From the NCBI GenBank assembly GCA_944388605.1, contig CALXJJ010000002.1, positions 17,274 through 81,273 of the forward strand: DNA of 64,000 nt. The letters are read 5' to 3'. This document shows positions 29,140 through 41,261 of the stretch, piece by piece. The notes under the pieces were generated by a model, which did no database searches, had not been told where the DNA came from, and saw nothing but the letters and a program-made list of their open reading frames with translations. Within the stretch, counting starts at the first letter, position 1. Each line of letters begins with the position of its first letter. The position numbers were made by a program, and so were the translations under genes. Origin of the DNA: an uncultured Clostridia bacterium. Its GTDB lineage: Bacteria > Bacillota > Clostridia > TANB77 > CAG-508.

Positions 29140-29263
29140 TTGACAAATAATTGGCTTTTGGCGTTGTTAAGCTTCGCATCGAAAATCCTTTAGTGTTCTG
29201 CAAAGTACACCTCCGGTTTTCTTGCTCGCTTGCCTAGCCAAAAGACCAATTCTTTGCCAACTA
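29137..29263. repeat. 127-bp GC-richer element bounded by about 26-bp imperfect terminal inverted repeats (MITE-like or structured RNA)
   Basis: Left arm TAGTTGACAAATAATTGGCTTTTGGC. The reverse complement of the right arm is TAGTTGGCAAAGAATTGGTCTTTTGGC. The interior can extend the pairing imperfectly. No ORF. Confidence 0.7.
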
Positions 29264-29338
29264 AGTAAAAAATCGAGAAATAAGGTTTATAGGTAAATCC
29301 TTAAAAACCTAAATATTATATAAGGAATGAACTGTATA

Positions 29339-30580
29339 ATGGATTTAAGTAAACCACTAGCATATCGTATGAGTCCAAAAACTTTAGACGATTATGTTGG
29401 GCAAGAACATATATTAGGAAAAGATAAAATATTATATAGAACTATTAAGGCAGATAGACTTTCTAGTATTATATTGTGGGGACCTCCTGGATGTGGAAAA
29501 ACTTCACTAGCAAGAGTTATTAGTAATACAACAAAATATAAATTTACAAAATTAAATGCAGTAACAGCAGGTGTTAACGATATAAAGAGAATTATAGAAG
29601 AAGCGGGAAATTTATTTATGAATCCAACTGGAAAATGCATTTTATTTATAGATGAAATTCATAGATTTAATAAGTTACAACAAGATGTTTTATTGCCATA
29701 TGTAGAAAATGGAACAGTTATTTTAATAGGAGCTACAACTGAAAATCCTTATTTTGAAGTTAATAAAGCTTTAATTTCAAGGTCTATGGTATTTAAACTA
29801 CAACCATTAACAGAAAATGATGTATATAAAGTGTTAAAAAATTCTTTGGAAAGAGAAGAAGGATTAGGAAGTTATTCTATAAAGATAAATGATGAAACTC
29901 TTAAAAAAATTGCTAAAACAGCAGGAGGAGATGTAAGGACTGCTTTAAATGGATTAGAAATTGCAGTACTTACAACTAAAATGGATAATGATGGTTTTAT
30001 ACATATTACAGATGAAATAGCAAAAGAATGTGTACAAAACAGAAAGCAAATATTTGATAAAAATGGTGATTCACATTATGACAATATAAGTGCAATGATA
30101 AAATCTATGCGTGGAAGTGATCCTGATGCAACAGTATTTTATTTAGCAAGAGCAATACAAGGAGGAGAAGATCCAGTTTTTTTGGCAAGAAGAATAACAA
30201 TATGTGCTTCTGAAGATGTAGGACTTGCAAATCCAAATGCACTTGTCATAGCAAATTCAGCAATGCAAGCTGTTCATATGATAGGTATGCCAGAAGCAAG
30301 AATTATACTCTCAGAAGCAGCTATATATGTAGCTAACTCTCCTAAATCAAATAGTGCATATATGGCAATTAATCAAGCAATAAATGATGTGGAAAATAAG
30401 GATACAGGAGAAATACCAATGCATATAAGAAATGCACCAGTAGAAGGAATGGAAGCACATGGTTATCACCAAGGATACAAATATCCGCATGATTACCCAA
30501 ATCATCAAGTAGAACAGCAATATTTACCAGACAAAATGCTAGGAACTAAATATTATATAAAAGCAGAAACAGAGAATTAA
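29339..30580 (+). CDS. rarA: Replication-associated recombination protein A (MgsA/RarA AAA+ ATPase)
   Basis: PLAYRMSPKTLDDYVGQEHILG, Walker A GPPGCGKTS, Walker B LFIDEIHRF, MgsA_C segment HYDNISAMIKSMRGSDPDA. The track ORF begins at 29327. Confidence 0.9.
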   Translation: MDLSKPLAYRMSPKTLDDYVGQEHILGKDKILYRTIKADRLSSIILWGPPGCGKTSLARVISNTTKYKFTKLNAVTAGVNDIKRIIEEAGNLFMNPTGKCILFIDEIHRFNKLQQDVLLPYVENGTVILIGATTENPYFEVNKALISRSMVFKLQPLTENDVYKVLKNSLEREEGLGSYSIKINDETLKKIAKTAGGDVRTALNGLEIAVLTTKMDNDGFIHITDEIAKECVQNRKQIFDKNGDSHYDNISAMIKSMRGSDPDATVFYLARAIQGGEDPVFLARRITICASEDVGLANPNALVIANSAMQAVHMIGMPEARIILSEAAIYVANSPKSNSAYMAINQAINDVENKDTGEIPMHIRNAPVEGMEAHGYHQGYKYPHDYPNHQVEQQYLPDKMLGTKYYIKAETEN

Positions 30581-30625
30581 TCAATAGAAAAGAGTATTAC
30601 AAAAATACATTGTACAAAAACATTT

Positions 30626-30842
30626 TTACTCTTCTTAGAGAACTTAAATGATTATAGTTTGATATATAGACAGAGGATAGTTCTACAATAGGAAAGTCAT
30701 CCTTTCCTATTGTAGAAAAATCGCTACGCTCCAACGAATGCACACAATTTTACTTGCGTAAAATTGGCTTAGGAACAAATTTACGGAAAGCCAAAGAGAA
30801 AGTTTAAAATTAGTACAAATTATAAGGCTTTCCGATTTGTTC
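30626..30842 (-). repeat. Composite repeat: partial family B (30626-30682) fused to full family A copy A5 (30683-30842, reverse orientation)
   Basis: The reverse complement of 30683-30842 aligns end to end with A1. 30626-30682 matches the CGAGAACTTAAAT...GTTC module of family B. Confidence 0.8.
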
Positions 30843-30879
30843 TCTAAGAAGTAAGATTTGTCTGAACTTAACAATTTAC

Positions 30880-31608
30880 TTAAATTGTTAAATTTAAAGA
30901 GCTTTCTAAGGCTAGTTTAATCATTTCATTTAAAGAATTTTGTCTTTCTTCAGCAGTAGCTTCTTTTTCAGGTTTATAATGGTTATCAACAACAGTTAGT
31001 AAACAGCTTGCTTTTTTATTTAATTTCTTAGCTGTGTAAAATAATGCAAATGATTCCATTTCTGCAGTTTTAATATTTAGTTCTTTAGGAAATCTACTAA
31101 TTAAAGTATCTATATTTTTAACATAATAATCAAAACATTCAGTGCATGTACAGTCTGTCTTAACATAATTAATATTTAATTCTTTTGCAGTTTTTTCTAT
31201 TATAGAATTAGTATATTTATCTGCACTAGCTGTATGGCAAGTTTCTCCATCAAAAGCAAAAGCAAAATTGCCTTCTGTATAAGAATTATCTACTAAAACC
31301 GTATCAAAAATATTTAAATCAGGACTATATCCACCACATGAACCAATTCTAATAATAGTATCAACATCATAAAATTTATATAGTTCATAGCAATAAATTC
31401 CCATGCTAGGCATACCCATTCCAGAAGAAAACACAGTAATTTCTTTTGCTTTATAAGTTCCTGTATATCCAAACATATTTCTTACAGAATTTATAAGTTT
31501 AGGATTTTCTAAAAAGTTATCAGCAATATATTTTGCTCTTAAAGGATCACCAGGCATTAAAACAATTTTTGCAATATCTTCTTTTTTTGCTTCATTATGA
31601 GGAGTCAT
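30880..31608 (-). CDS. deoD: Purine nucleoside phosphorylase, DeoD type
   Basis: TPHNEAKKEDIAKIVLMPGDPLRAKYIADNFLE......VRNMFGYTGTYK is the hexameric PNP signature. 242 aa. Confidence 0.9.
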   Translation of the reverse strand: MTPHNEAKKEDIAKIVLMPGDPLRAKYIADNFLENPKLINSVRNMFGYTGTYKAKEITVFSSGMGMPSMGIYCYELYKFYDVDTIIRIGSCGGYSPDLNIFDTVLVDNSYTEGNFAFAFDGETCHTASADKYTNSIIEKTAKELNINYVKTDCTCTECFDYYVKNIDTLISRFPKELNIKTAEMESFALFYTAKKLNKKASCLLTVVDNHYKPEKEATAEERQNSLNEMIKLALESSLNLTI

Positions 31609-31850
31609 AAAATCATTCCTTTCATTACAAGCAAGATAAAATCTTGCTAAAAAATTCTAAATATATTATACCCATAATTGAAAAATTAGTCTATATAATA
31701 ATAAAATAAATTCAAAATAATTATTAGAATTAATATGTATAAATAAATAAAAGAATGTTATAATCTAATTATATTGCTATAAAATTACGAAAAAATAAAA
31801 AGGTAAAATTAAAACATGTACAAATTAAAAAGCTTTGGGAGGATAATGAT

Positions 31851-33431
31851 ATGAAAAAAATGTTTTATAATGGTGATATTATTACAATGGAAAATACAAA
31901 ACCAGAAGCAGTATTAATTAATGACGGAATAATTGAAAAAATTGGAAGAATAAAAGATATTGGAAGTTATAATATTGAAAAAATTGATTTGCACGGTAAG
32001 GTTTTAATGCCATCTTTTATAGATTCACATAGCCATATTACAGCAGTTGCACAAAGCTTAGGAATAGTTAATTTAAGTAATTGTACTAGTTTTAGTGAAA
32101 TAAGAGAAAAATTAAATGAATACGCAAAAAACGTAAAAAGTGAAGAATGGGTAATTGGATTTGGTTATGATAATAATTTTTTAAAAGAGAAAAATCACCC
32201 TAACAAATTTGACTTAAATATGGATAATCCTGTTTTAATAACACATGCTTCAGGGCATATAGGAGTAATGAATCAAAAGGGATTAGAAATATTGGGGATA
32301 AATAATGCTACTAAAAATCCTGAAGGGGGTAAATTTGGTAGAATAGGAAATAGTAATGAACCTAGCGGATATATGGAAGAAAATGCATTTATAAATAGTA
32401 CAAGCAATATTTTGAAATGGGATTTAGCTAAATATGAAAAATTAATGGAAAAAGCACAAAATTTATATATTAAAAATGGAATAACTACAGTTCAAGAAGG
32501 TTTGATAAAAAAAGATAATTGGAATATATTAAAAAATATGGCTATAAATAATAAATTGAAAATTGATGTTATAGGATATGTAAATATAGAAGAATCTGAA
32601 ATTTTAAGTGAAAATGTAGAATATGAGAATCAAAATATAATATCAAAGAATTGTTACTTAAAAAATAAAAATTATACAAACAGATTAAAAATTGGAGGAT
32701 ATAAAATGTTTTTAGATGGATCCCCACAAGCAAAAACAGCATGGTTAACGGAAAATTATGAAGGCGAAGATAATTATAAAGGGTATCCAATACACACAAA
32801 TGAACAAGTTGATAAATATGTAAATAAATCAGTTAATGATAAAATGCAATTAATAACACATTGTAATGGAGATTGTGCAGGAGATCAATTAATAAATGCT
32901 TTAGAAAAATACGAAAATATAAAAGAGTTAAGACCAGTAATGATACATGCACAAATATTAAGAAAAGATCAGATAAAAAAAATGAAAAAAATTGGTATTA
33001 TTCCATCATACTTTATAGCACATGTATATTATTGGGGAGATATTCATTTGAAGAATTTGGGAAAGAAAAGAGCTGAAAATATAAGTCCTGCTAAAACTAC
33101 ATTACAAGAAAATATGATTTTTACATTTCATCAAGATTCACCTGTAATAGAGCCAAATATGTTAGAAACAATAGGAATAGCTTGTGAGAGAAAAACTAAA
33201 TCAGGAATTTTATTAGGAGAAAAGCAAAAAATAGATGTATATAATGCATTAAAAGCAGTTACAATAAATGCAAGTTATCAATATTTTGAGGAGGATAGAA
33301 AAGGTTCAATAAAAGAAGGAAAATTAGCTGATTTAATAGTTTTGGATAAAAATCCACTAAAAGTAAGAATAGATGAAATTAAAAATATAAGAATATTAGA
33401 AGTTTATAAAGAAGGAATAAAAATATTTTAA
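31851..33431 (+). CDS. Amidohydrolase family protein (YtcJ-like metal-dependent hydrolase)
   Basis: 526 aa. PSFIDSHSH metal motif near the N-terminus, HCNGD and HAQ segments, C-terminal GSIKEGKLADL. Confidence 0.7.
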   Translation: MKKMFYNGDIITMENTKPEAVLINDGIIEKIGRIKDIGSYNIEKIDLHGKVLMPSFIDSHSHITAVAQSLGIVNLSNCTSFSEIREKLNEYAKNVKSEEWVIGFGYDNNFLKEKNHPNKFDLNMDNPVLITHASGHIGVMNQKGLEILGINNATKNPEGGKFGRIGNSNEPSGYMEENAFINSTSNILKWDLAKYEKLMEKAQNLYIKNGITTVQEGLIKKDNWNILKNMAINNKLKIDVIGYVNIEESEILSENVEYENQNIISKNCYLKNKNYTNRLKIGGYKMFLDGSPQAKTAWLTENYEGEDNYKGYPIHTNEQVDKYVNKSVNDKMQLITHCNGDCAGDQLINALEKYENIKELRPVMIHAQILRKDQIKKMKKIGIIPSYFIAHVYYWGDIHLKNLGKKRAENISPAKTTLQENMIFTFHQDSPVIEPNMLETIGIACERKTKSGILLGEKQKIDVYNALKAVTINASYQYFEEDRKGSIKEGKLADLIVLDKNPLKVRIDEIKNIRILEVYKEGIKIF

Positions 33432-33502
33432 TTTGCAATTGTGAAAAATGTGTGAATTTTATAAAATAAGTATTGACTTTTTATAAAATAAGGTATAAAT
33501 TA

Positions 33503-33529
33503 TTAGCAGTCTAGTAAATAGACTGCTAA
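33503..33529 (+). promoter_or_regulatory. CIRCE operator (HrcA site) upstream of groES
   Basis: TTAGCAGTC-N9-GACTGCTAA versus consensus TTAGCACTC-N9-GAGTGCTAA. Located downstream of TTGACT (33473-33478). Confidence 0.85.
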
Positions 33530-33590
33530 TAACATTTTGTAATAACCTTAATATTTTATAATATATATTAAGGAAAAAGACGGGAGGTAA

Positions 33591-33878
<288 letters not shown>

Positions 33879-33891
33879 TCACATAATCTAA

Positions 33892-35550
<1,659 letters not shown>

Positions 35551-35562
35551 TATTAACTTAAA

Positions 35563-35594
35563 AAAGAATAACTTTAAAAAGTTATTCTTTTTTT
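35563..35594 (+). terminator. Rho-independent terminator after groEL
   Basis: AAAGAATAACTT-TAAA-AAGTTATTCTTT followed by a T run. Confidence 0.85.
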
Positions 35595-35763
35595 ATTGAA
35601 TAGGAAAAATCGAGTTTTTCCTATTCAATAAAAAACAACATTGCGCAGAAAAATTGCTATGCAATTTTTCGCGTCGACAAATCTTTACGCTTTTTCGAGA
35701 ACTTAAATATATATAGTTAAGTTAGAAAAGTAGAGAAAAGTTCTCGCAAAGCGAGATTTGTCC
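35593..35763 (+). repeat. Family B repeat, copy B2
   Basis: Collinear with B1 (21849-22010) at about 90% identity. It abuts A6. Confidence 0.85.
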
Positions 35764-35921
35764 TACAATAGGAAAGTTATCATTTCCTATTGTATAAAAG
35801 TCGCTACGCTCTAACGAATGCACATAATTTTGACTTCACAAAATTTACTTAGTAACAAATTTACTAAAAAGCCAAAGAAAAACTTAAAGTTTGTATTAAA
35901 TTAGGGCTTTCCGATTTGTTC
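35763..35921 (-). repeat. Family A repeat, copy A6 (reverse orientation, full length)
   Basis: The reverse complement begins GAACAAATCGGAAAGCCCTAATTTAATACAAAC (A2-like 5-prime part) and ends ...GTCGCTACGCTC.../ACAATAGGAAATGATAACTTTCCTATTGT. Confidence 0.85.
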
Positions 35922-36033
35922 ATTATAGAAAATGAAAAAATCCTATAGCTGAAAATAATAGTTTAATTGTTAAAACAAGTGGGAATAATGTATCTAGGGT
36001 AAAATATTACTTTAGAAAGGAATGTGATCAATT

Positions 36034-37539
36034 ATGGAATCATTTTGGTTACTAAATAGAAAAAATATTCAGAATCAACTTAATGAAAATGTAAAAACAC
36101 AAGTATGTATAATAGGAGGTGGAATTACAGGGATAGCTACAGCTCTATATTTATCTGAAGCGGGATATAAAGTAACAATACTAGAAAAAGAAAGCTTGGG
36201 AGGAAAAGTAACTGGGCATACAACAGGAAAAATAACAGCACAGCATGGTTTAATATATCATTATTTATGTGATAAATATGGAATAGAATTTGCAAGAAAA
36301 TATTATGAAGCAAATACTAAAGCAATTAGTGATATTGAATATTATATAAATAAATATAATATAGAGTGCGATTTTGAACATAAAGATAATTATATTTATA
36401 CACTAGACAAAGAAGAAATCTTAAAAATAGAAGAAGAAGAAAAAGCATTAAAACACATGGGAATAAAAACAGAAACAACTAAAAAAGTAAACTTACCATT
36501 TAAAATAGAACTTGCTATAAAGTTAGATAATCAAGCACAATTTAATTCTATAAAATATATTGATGGAATAACAAATATATTATTAAAAAATGGAGTGAAA
36601 ATATATACAAATACAGAATGTAAAGGAATAGAAAAACAAGATTATGGCTATATTTGTAGAACAAATGATAGAAAGGTAGAAGCAGAATATGTTGTGATTG
36701 CAACACAGTATCCTTTTATAAATATTCCTGGATTCTATTTTTCTAAAATGTATCAGTCGTCATCATATTTAATAGCTGTACGAACAAAAAAAGAATTACC
36801 AGAAGGAATGTTTATAAATATACAAGCACCTATATTTTCTTTAAGAACAGCTATAACAAACCAAGGAGAGAGAATATTAATAGTATGTGGAATGGATCAT
36901 AAAACAGGAGAAAAAGTAGATGAAAACTCAACTTATAAAGTTTTAGAAAATAAAGTAAAAGAATGGTATGACGATGCAGAAATATTATGTAAATGGAGTG
37001 CGAGAGATTGTATTACTTTAGATAAAATACCATATATAGGAGATTTTTCTAAAACCATGCCAAATGTATATGTGGCAACAGGATTTAATAAATGGGGAAT
37101 GACATCATCACATGTTGCAGGAAAAATAATATCAGATAAAATTCAAGAAAAAAATAATGAATATGAAGAAATATTTAAAGCCACTAGATTGCATCCAATA
37201 GAAAATAGTGGAGAATTCAAAAATATGGTAACTGATTCTTTTAAATCTTTAGTGAAAGATAGAATAAAAAAGCATACAAGAAATATAGATGGAATAAATA
37301 ATGATACTGCAGCGATAGTAGAAATTAATGGACAAAAAGTAGGAATATATAAAGACATAAATGGAAAGATATATGGTGTTAAGCCTGTGTGCACTCATTT
37401 AGGATGTATATTAAAGTGGAATAATGCAGATAAAACATGGGATTGCCACTGTCATGGATCCAGATTCTCATATACAGGAGAAAATATAAACAATCCAGCA
37501 CAAAAGAATTTAACAGTAATAGATATTGACAAAATATAA
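36034..37539 (+). CDS. FAD-dependent oxidoreductase fused to a C-terminal Rieske [2Fe-2S] domain
   Basis: N-terminal dinucleotide fold VCIIGGGITGIATALYL, and C-terminal CTHLGC...17 aa...CHCHGS Rieske motif. Confidence 0.75.
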   Translation: MESFWLLNRKNIQNQLNENVKTQVCIIGGGITGIATALYLSEAGYKVTILEKESLGGKVTGHTTGKITAQHGLIYHYLCDKYGIEFARKYYEANTKAISDIEYYINKYNIECDFEHKDNYIYTLDKEEILKIEEEEKALKHMGIKTETTKKVNLPFKIELAIKLDNQAQFNSIKYIDGITNILLKNGVKIYTNTECKGIEKQDYGYICRTNDRKVEAEYVVIATQYPFINIPGFYFSKMYQSSSYLIAVRTKKELPEGMFINIQAPIFSLRTAITNQGERILIVCGMDHKTGEKVDENSTYKVLENKVKEWYDDAEILCKWSARDCITLDKIPYIGDFSKTMPNVYVATGFNKWGMTSSHVAGKIISDKIQEKNNEYEEIFKATRLHPIENSGEFKNMVTDSFKSLVKDRIKKHTRNIDGINNDTAAIVEINGQKVGIYKDINGKIYGVKPVCTHLGCILKWNNADKTWDCHCHGSRFSYTGENINNPAQKNLTVIDIDKI

Positions 37540-37586
37540 ACATATTGATAATATATATAAGAAAAAACAAAGGTCGGGAGTTGTAA

Positions 37587-38081
37587 ATGATATTATATCC
37601 AAATGATTTTTTTAACAATGTAAGAGAAATAAAAATAGAATATTTAAATAAACATAATATAAAAGCATTAATCTTAGATGTTGACAATACATTAATAAAT
37701 TATTATAAAGAAATGGAAAAAGGAACAAAAGAATGGTGTCAAGATTTAAAAAATAAAGGCATTAAAATGTATATTTTGTCTAATAGTAATAAAAGGGATA
37801 AAGTAGAAAAAATAGCTAAAGATTTGCAAGTTCCTTTTAGATATTTTGCAAAGAAACCATTAAAAAGTGGATTTAAAAAAGCGCAAAAAGAGTTAGGACT
37901 AAAAAGTGAAGAAATTGCAGTTATAGGAGATCAACTATTAACAGATATAATAGGAGCTAATAGATGTAGAATGTATTCAATATTAGTAAATCCAATAAAG
38001 GAAAAAGATATATGGATAACAAGATTAAAAAGACCTATAGAAAAAATGATAATGAAGAATTACAAGAAAGGAAGAAATTAA
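37587..38081 (+). CDS. yqeG: YqeG-family HAD-IIIA phosphatase
   Basis: LILDVDNTL, SN(S) and GDQLLTDI HAD motifs. 164 aa. Confidence 0.8.
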   Translation: MILYPNDFFNNVREIKIEYLNKHNIKALILDVDNTLINYYKEMEKGTKEWCQDLKNKGIKMYILSNSNKRDKVEKIAKDLQVPFRYFAKKPLKSGFKKAQKELGLKSEEIAVIGDQLLTDIIGANRCRMYSILVNPIKEKDIWITRLKRPIEKMIMKNYKKGRN

Positions 38082-38840
38082 ATGTATATAAATGATGTAC
38101 ACATATTATTGTATGTTGTAATCGGATTAATTGGACTATTTGTAGGTAGGATAGTGGAATGGTGTAATATAAGGTTGCCAGAATATAAAAAAATTATAAC
38201 TAGAGACTTTTTTTCAGTATATTTAAAAAAATATAAGCCCAAATATATCATTATGATAATAATTGCATTAATATATATATCATTATTATATATTTTTGGA
38301 TTAGGAAATAATATATTAGATACAATTTCATTAATAAAATATGCAGTATTAACTCCAATGCTTATTTCTGTATTTATGATAGATTATAAGCACCAGATAA
38401 TACCAAACAGGCTTAATTTAACAATATTTGAAACAGGGCTTGCATTTGCTTTTTTGGAGGGGATTTCTAATTTAAGTGTAGGATTAACACTAGGAATAGA
38501 TAGATTTTTAGGAATGATTGTTGGTGGCGGAATATTTCTTCTTATTACTCTTATAGGAGGTTTAATAGCAGGAAAAGAAGCTATGGGGTTTGGTGATGTA
38601 AAATTAATGGGAGCTCTTGGATTATTTTTCGGCTGGGTGAACATGATAATAATATCACTAATTGCGTTTTTATTAGGAGCTATTATAAGTATAATATTGC
38701 TTATAACAAAAATAAAGAAAACACATGAGTACATACCATTCGGACCTTTTATTGTAATAGGTGCGTTTATAACAATGCTAATTCCATACGAATATCTGCA
38801 ATTTATTTTAATAAAAATATTTACATTAGGAATGGCTTAA
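38082..38840 (+). CDS. Prepilin peptidase (A24 family)
   Basis: Polytopic membrane protein with the catalytic Asp contexts FMIDYKHQIIPN and GFGDVKLMGALGLFFG. Confidence 0.8.
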   Translation: MYINDVHILLYVVIGLIGLFVGRIVEWCNIRLPEYKKIITRDFFSVYLKKYKPKYIIMIIIALIYISLLYIFGLGNNILDTISLIKYAVLTPMLISVFMIDYKHQIIPNRLNLTIFETGLAFAFLEGISNLSVGLTLGIDRFLGMIVGGGIFLLITLIGGLIAGKEAMGFGDVKLMGALGLFFGWVNMIIISLIAFLLGAIISIILLITKIKKTHEYIPFGPFIVIGAFITMLIPYEYLQFILIKIFTLGMA

Positions 38841-38862
38841 AAATATAATGGAGGCATATTTT

Positions 38863-39939
38863 ATGAATAGTAATATTAAATGGCTAAGAGAAAAATTAAA
38901 AATGTTAGATATGCAAGGTATGATAATTACAAATCCAATAAATATTCATTATTTAACAGGAATAAGTGTGAGTGCAGAAGGAGTATTATTAATTACAAGA
39001 AAAGAAAACATATATATAACAGATGGAAGATATATAGAAGATGTAAATGCTACACTTACTATTGATGATGGAATTATTGTTACAGATTTTAAAGATATAA
39101 GTAAAGATGATTACGAGAATTTTTTTCTGTTTTGTGAGAATGTTGGTTTTGAAGAAGATAACATAACATATGGTCAATATAAAGAATATATGCACAAATA
39201 TAGGATAAATAATTTTGAAGAAACAGAGCATATGTTAGAAAAGCAAAGAATGATAAAAGATATATATGAGATAGAGAATATAAGGCAAGCATGCCACATT
39301 ACAGATAGATGTTTTAATCATTTATTAGATTTTATAAAAATAGGAATGACTGAAAAAGAAATATCAAATGAAATAGAAAAATATTTTGACGAAAATGGAG
39401 CAGATGGATTGGCTTTTGATACAATAGTTGCATCAGGAGTAAATACATCTAAACCACATGCAGTGCCTACAGATAAAAGAATAGGACCAGGAGATCCAAT
39501 AACAATTGATTTTGGATGTAAGTATAAAGGATATTGTTCTGATATGACAAGAACGATATTTGCAGGATTTATACCAGAAGAAGTAAAGCCAGTATATAAT
39601 TTAGTTTTAAAAAATCAATTGCAAACATGTAAGGATTTGAAAGAAGGGGCTAATATAAAAATTATATCAAAAATGGTAGAAAACGATTTTAAATTACATG
39701 GATATAGTTTAATACATAGTTTAGGGCATGGAGTAGGACTTGAAATACATGAATTACCATATATAAATTCAAAAAATGATATACAATTAAAGGAAAATAT
39801 GGTAATAACAAATGAACCGGGAATATATATACCAGGTCAATTTGGAATAAGAATAGAAGATACAATACAAATAACAAAATTTGGAAGTATAAATTTGTGT
39901 ACATCTGATAAAAATTATATTATAGTGGATAAAAATTAA
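38863..39939 (+). CDS. Xaa-Pro aminopeptidase (M24B family)
   Basis: Creatinase-like N-domain plus the M24 metal ligands DFGC.Y.GYCSDMTRT, HSLGHGVGLEIHE, NEPGIY and IRIED. ATG 38863 follows GGAGG. Confidence 0.85.
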   Translation: MNSNIKWLREKLKMLDMQGMIITNPINIHYLTGISVSAEGVLLITRKENIYITDGRYIEDVNATLTIDDGIIVTDFKDISKDDYENFFLFCENVGFEEDNITYGQYKEYMHKYRINNFEETEHMLEKQRMIKDIYEIENIRQACHITDRCFNHLLDFIKIGMTEKEISNEIEKYFDENGADGLAFDTIVASGVNTSKPHAVPTDKRIGPGDPITIDFGCKYKGYCSDMTRTIFAGFIPEEVKPVYNLVLKNQLQTCKDLKEGANIKIISKMVENDFKLHGYSLIHSLGHGVGLEIHELPYINSKNDIQLKENMVITNEPGIYIPGQFGIRIEDTIQITKFGSINLCTSDKNYIIVDKN

Positions 39940-40020
39940 CATAATGCTTGATTTTTTATAAGATATGTAGTATGATAATATAGATGTAAAATTACGAAAA
40001 TGAAAGGAATGATATAAAAA

Positions 40021-40587
40021 ATGGCAGAAGTATATATGGCAGGAGATTTTAGAAATGGAACAACATTTGAAATGGAAGGCAATGTGTTTAAAGTAGTAGA
40101 ATTTCAACATGTAAAGCCAGGAAAAGGAGCAGCATTTGTAAGAACAAAATTAAAAAATGTAATAACAGGAGCAGTTTTAGAGAAAACATTTAATCCATCA
40201 GAAAAATATCCAGGAGCAGAAATAGAAAAAAGAGAAATGCAGTATTTATATAAAGACGGAGATATTTATTATTTTATGGATAATGAAACATATGAACAAT
40301 TACCTCTAAATGAGGATCAATTAGGTGATAGTTTAAAATTTATAAAAGAAAATATGAATGTAAAAGTTTTATCATACAAAGGTAAAGTATTTTCAGTAGA
40401 ACCACCTATGTTTGTTGAATTACAAGTTACATATACAGAGCCTGGTTTTGCAGGAAATACAACAACAACATCAGGTAAGCCTGCAACATTAGAAAATGGA
40501 TATACAATAAATGTTCCATTATTTGTAAATATAGGTGATACTATAAAGATAGATACAAGAACAGGTGAGTACATGGAAAGAGTATAA
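40021..40587 (+). CDS. efp: Elongation factor P
   Basis: [40 protein letters not shown] is the EF-P KPGKG loop signature. 188 aa. Confidence 0.95.
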   Translation: MAEVYMAGDFRNGTTFEMEGNVFKVVEFQHVKPGKGAAFVRTKLKNVITGAVLEKTFNPSEKYPGAEIEKREMQYLYKDGDIYYFMDNETYEQLPLNEDQLGDSLKFIKENMNVKVLSYKGKVFSVEPPMFVELQVTYTEPGFAGNTTTTSGKPATLENGYTINVPLFVNIGDTIKIDTRTGEYMERV

Positions 40588-40604
40588 CGAAAGGAAGTTA
40601 TTAC

Positions 40605-41102
40605 ATGTCAGAGTTTAATAAAAAATATAATGAAATTGTTAAAAAACTTCAAGATAATATAAAAGATGAAAATGAAAGAAAAATTGCACAAGAATGTATT
40701 GCAGATTTATCTTTAATGTTTTTAGATATTATAGATAGAGTAACATATATTAGCGAGGAGAAAATTTCAGGAATAGAAAATAAACAATCGGCTTTAGAAT
40801 CTAAGCTTTCTGAAATAGAGAATAGTGTTGATGGAATTGAAAATGATATATATGATGAAGATGGATATGAATTTGAAATTGTTTGTCCATATTGTAATCA
40901 TGAGTTTATTGCAGATTTTCAGAATGAAAGTGAAATAAAAGAACAAGTAGAATGTCCAAAATGTCATAATATGATTGAATTGGACTGGGAAGATGAAGCA
41001 GAAGGTTGTACTGGTAATTGTTCACATTGTCACGATATAGATATATTCGCAGAAGATAGTGAAGAATATAACAATCAAGATGAAGAAGACGATGATATGT
41101 AA
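40605..41102 (+). CDS. Hypothetical coiled-coil / double CxxC zinc-ribbon protein with an acidic tail
   Basis: 165 aa. CPYCNH...CPKCHN ribbon, then CTGNCSHCH, then a poly-acidic C-terminus. Sits directly downstream of efp. Confidence 0.5.
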   Translation: MSEFNKKYNEIVKKLQDNIKDENERKIAQECIADLSLMFLDIIDRVTYISEEKISGIENKQSALESKLSEIENSVDGIENDIYDEDGYEFEIVCPYCNHEFIADFQNESEIKEQVECPKCHNMIELDWEDEAEGCTGNCSHCHDIDIFAEDSEEYNNQDEEDDDM

Positions 41103-41106
41103 AATA

Positions 41107-41144
41107 AAAGCAAGCCTATAACATTAACTAGGCTTGCTTTTATG
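41107..41144. terminator. Bidirectional terminator
   Basis: AAAGCAAGCCT ... AGGCTTGCTTT, an 11-bp stem between convergent genes. Confidence 0.8.
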
Positions 41145-41261
41145 TGGTTACAATACTATGTGATTTATTTTTCTAATATATAACATTTATGTAACATAAA
41201 TCTACTAAAAAGATAAAAATTAAAAATAGTATAAATTTTAATAATTTACGATTTATTCTAG

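Noticed and set aside
29137-29263. The ruvA-rarA spacer, considered as a degraded ruvB.
   Set aside because: It is only about 190 nt long, and no frame shows any RuvB-like (Walker A/B) remnant.
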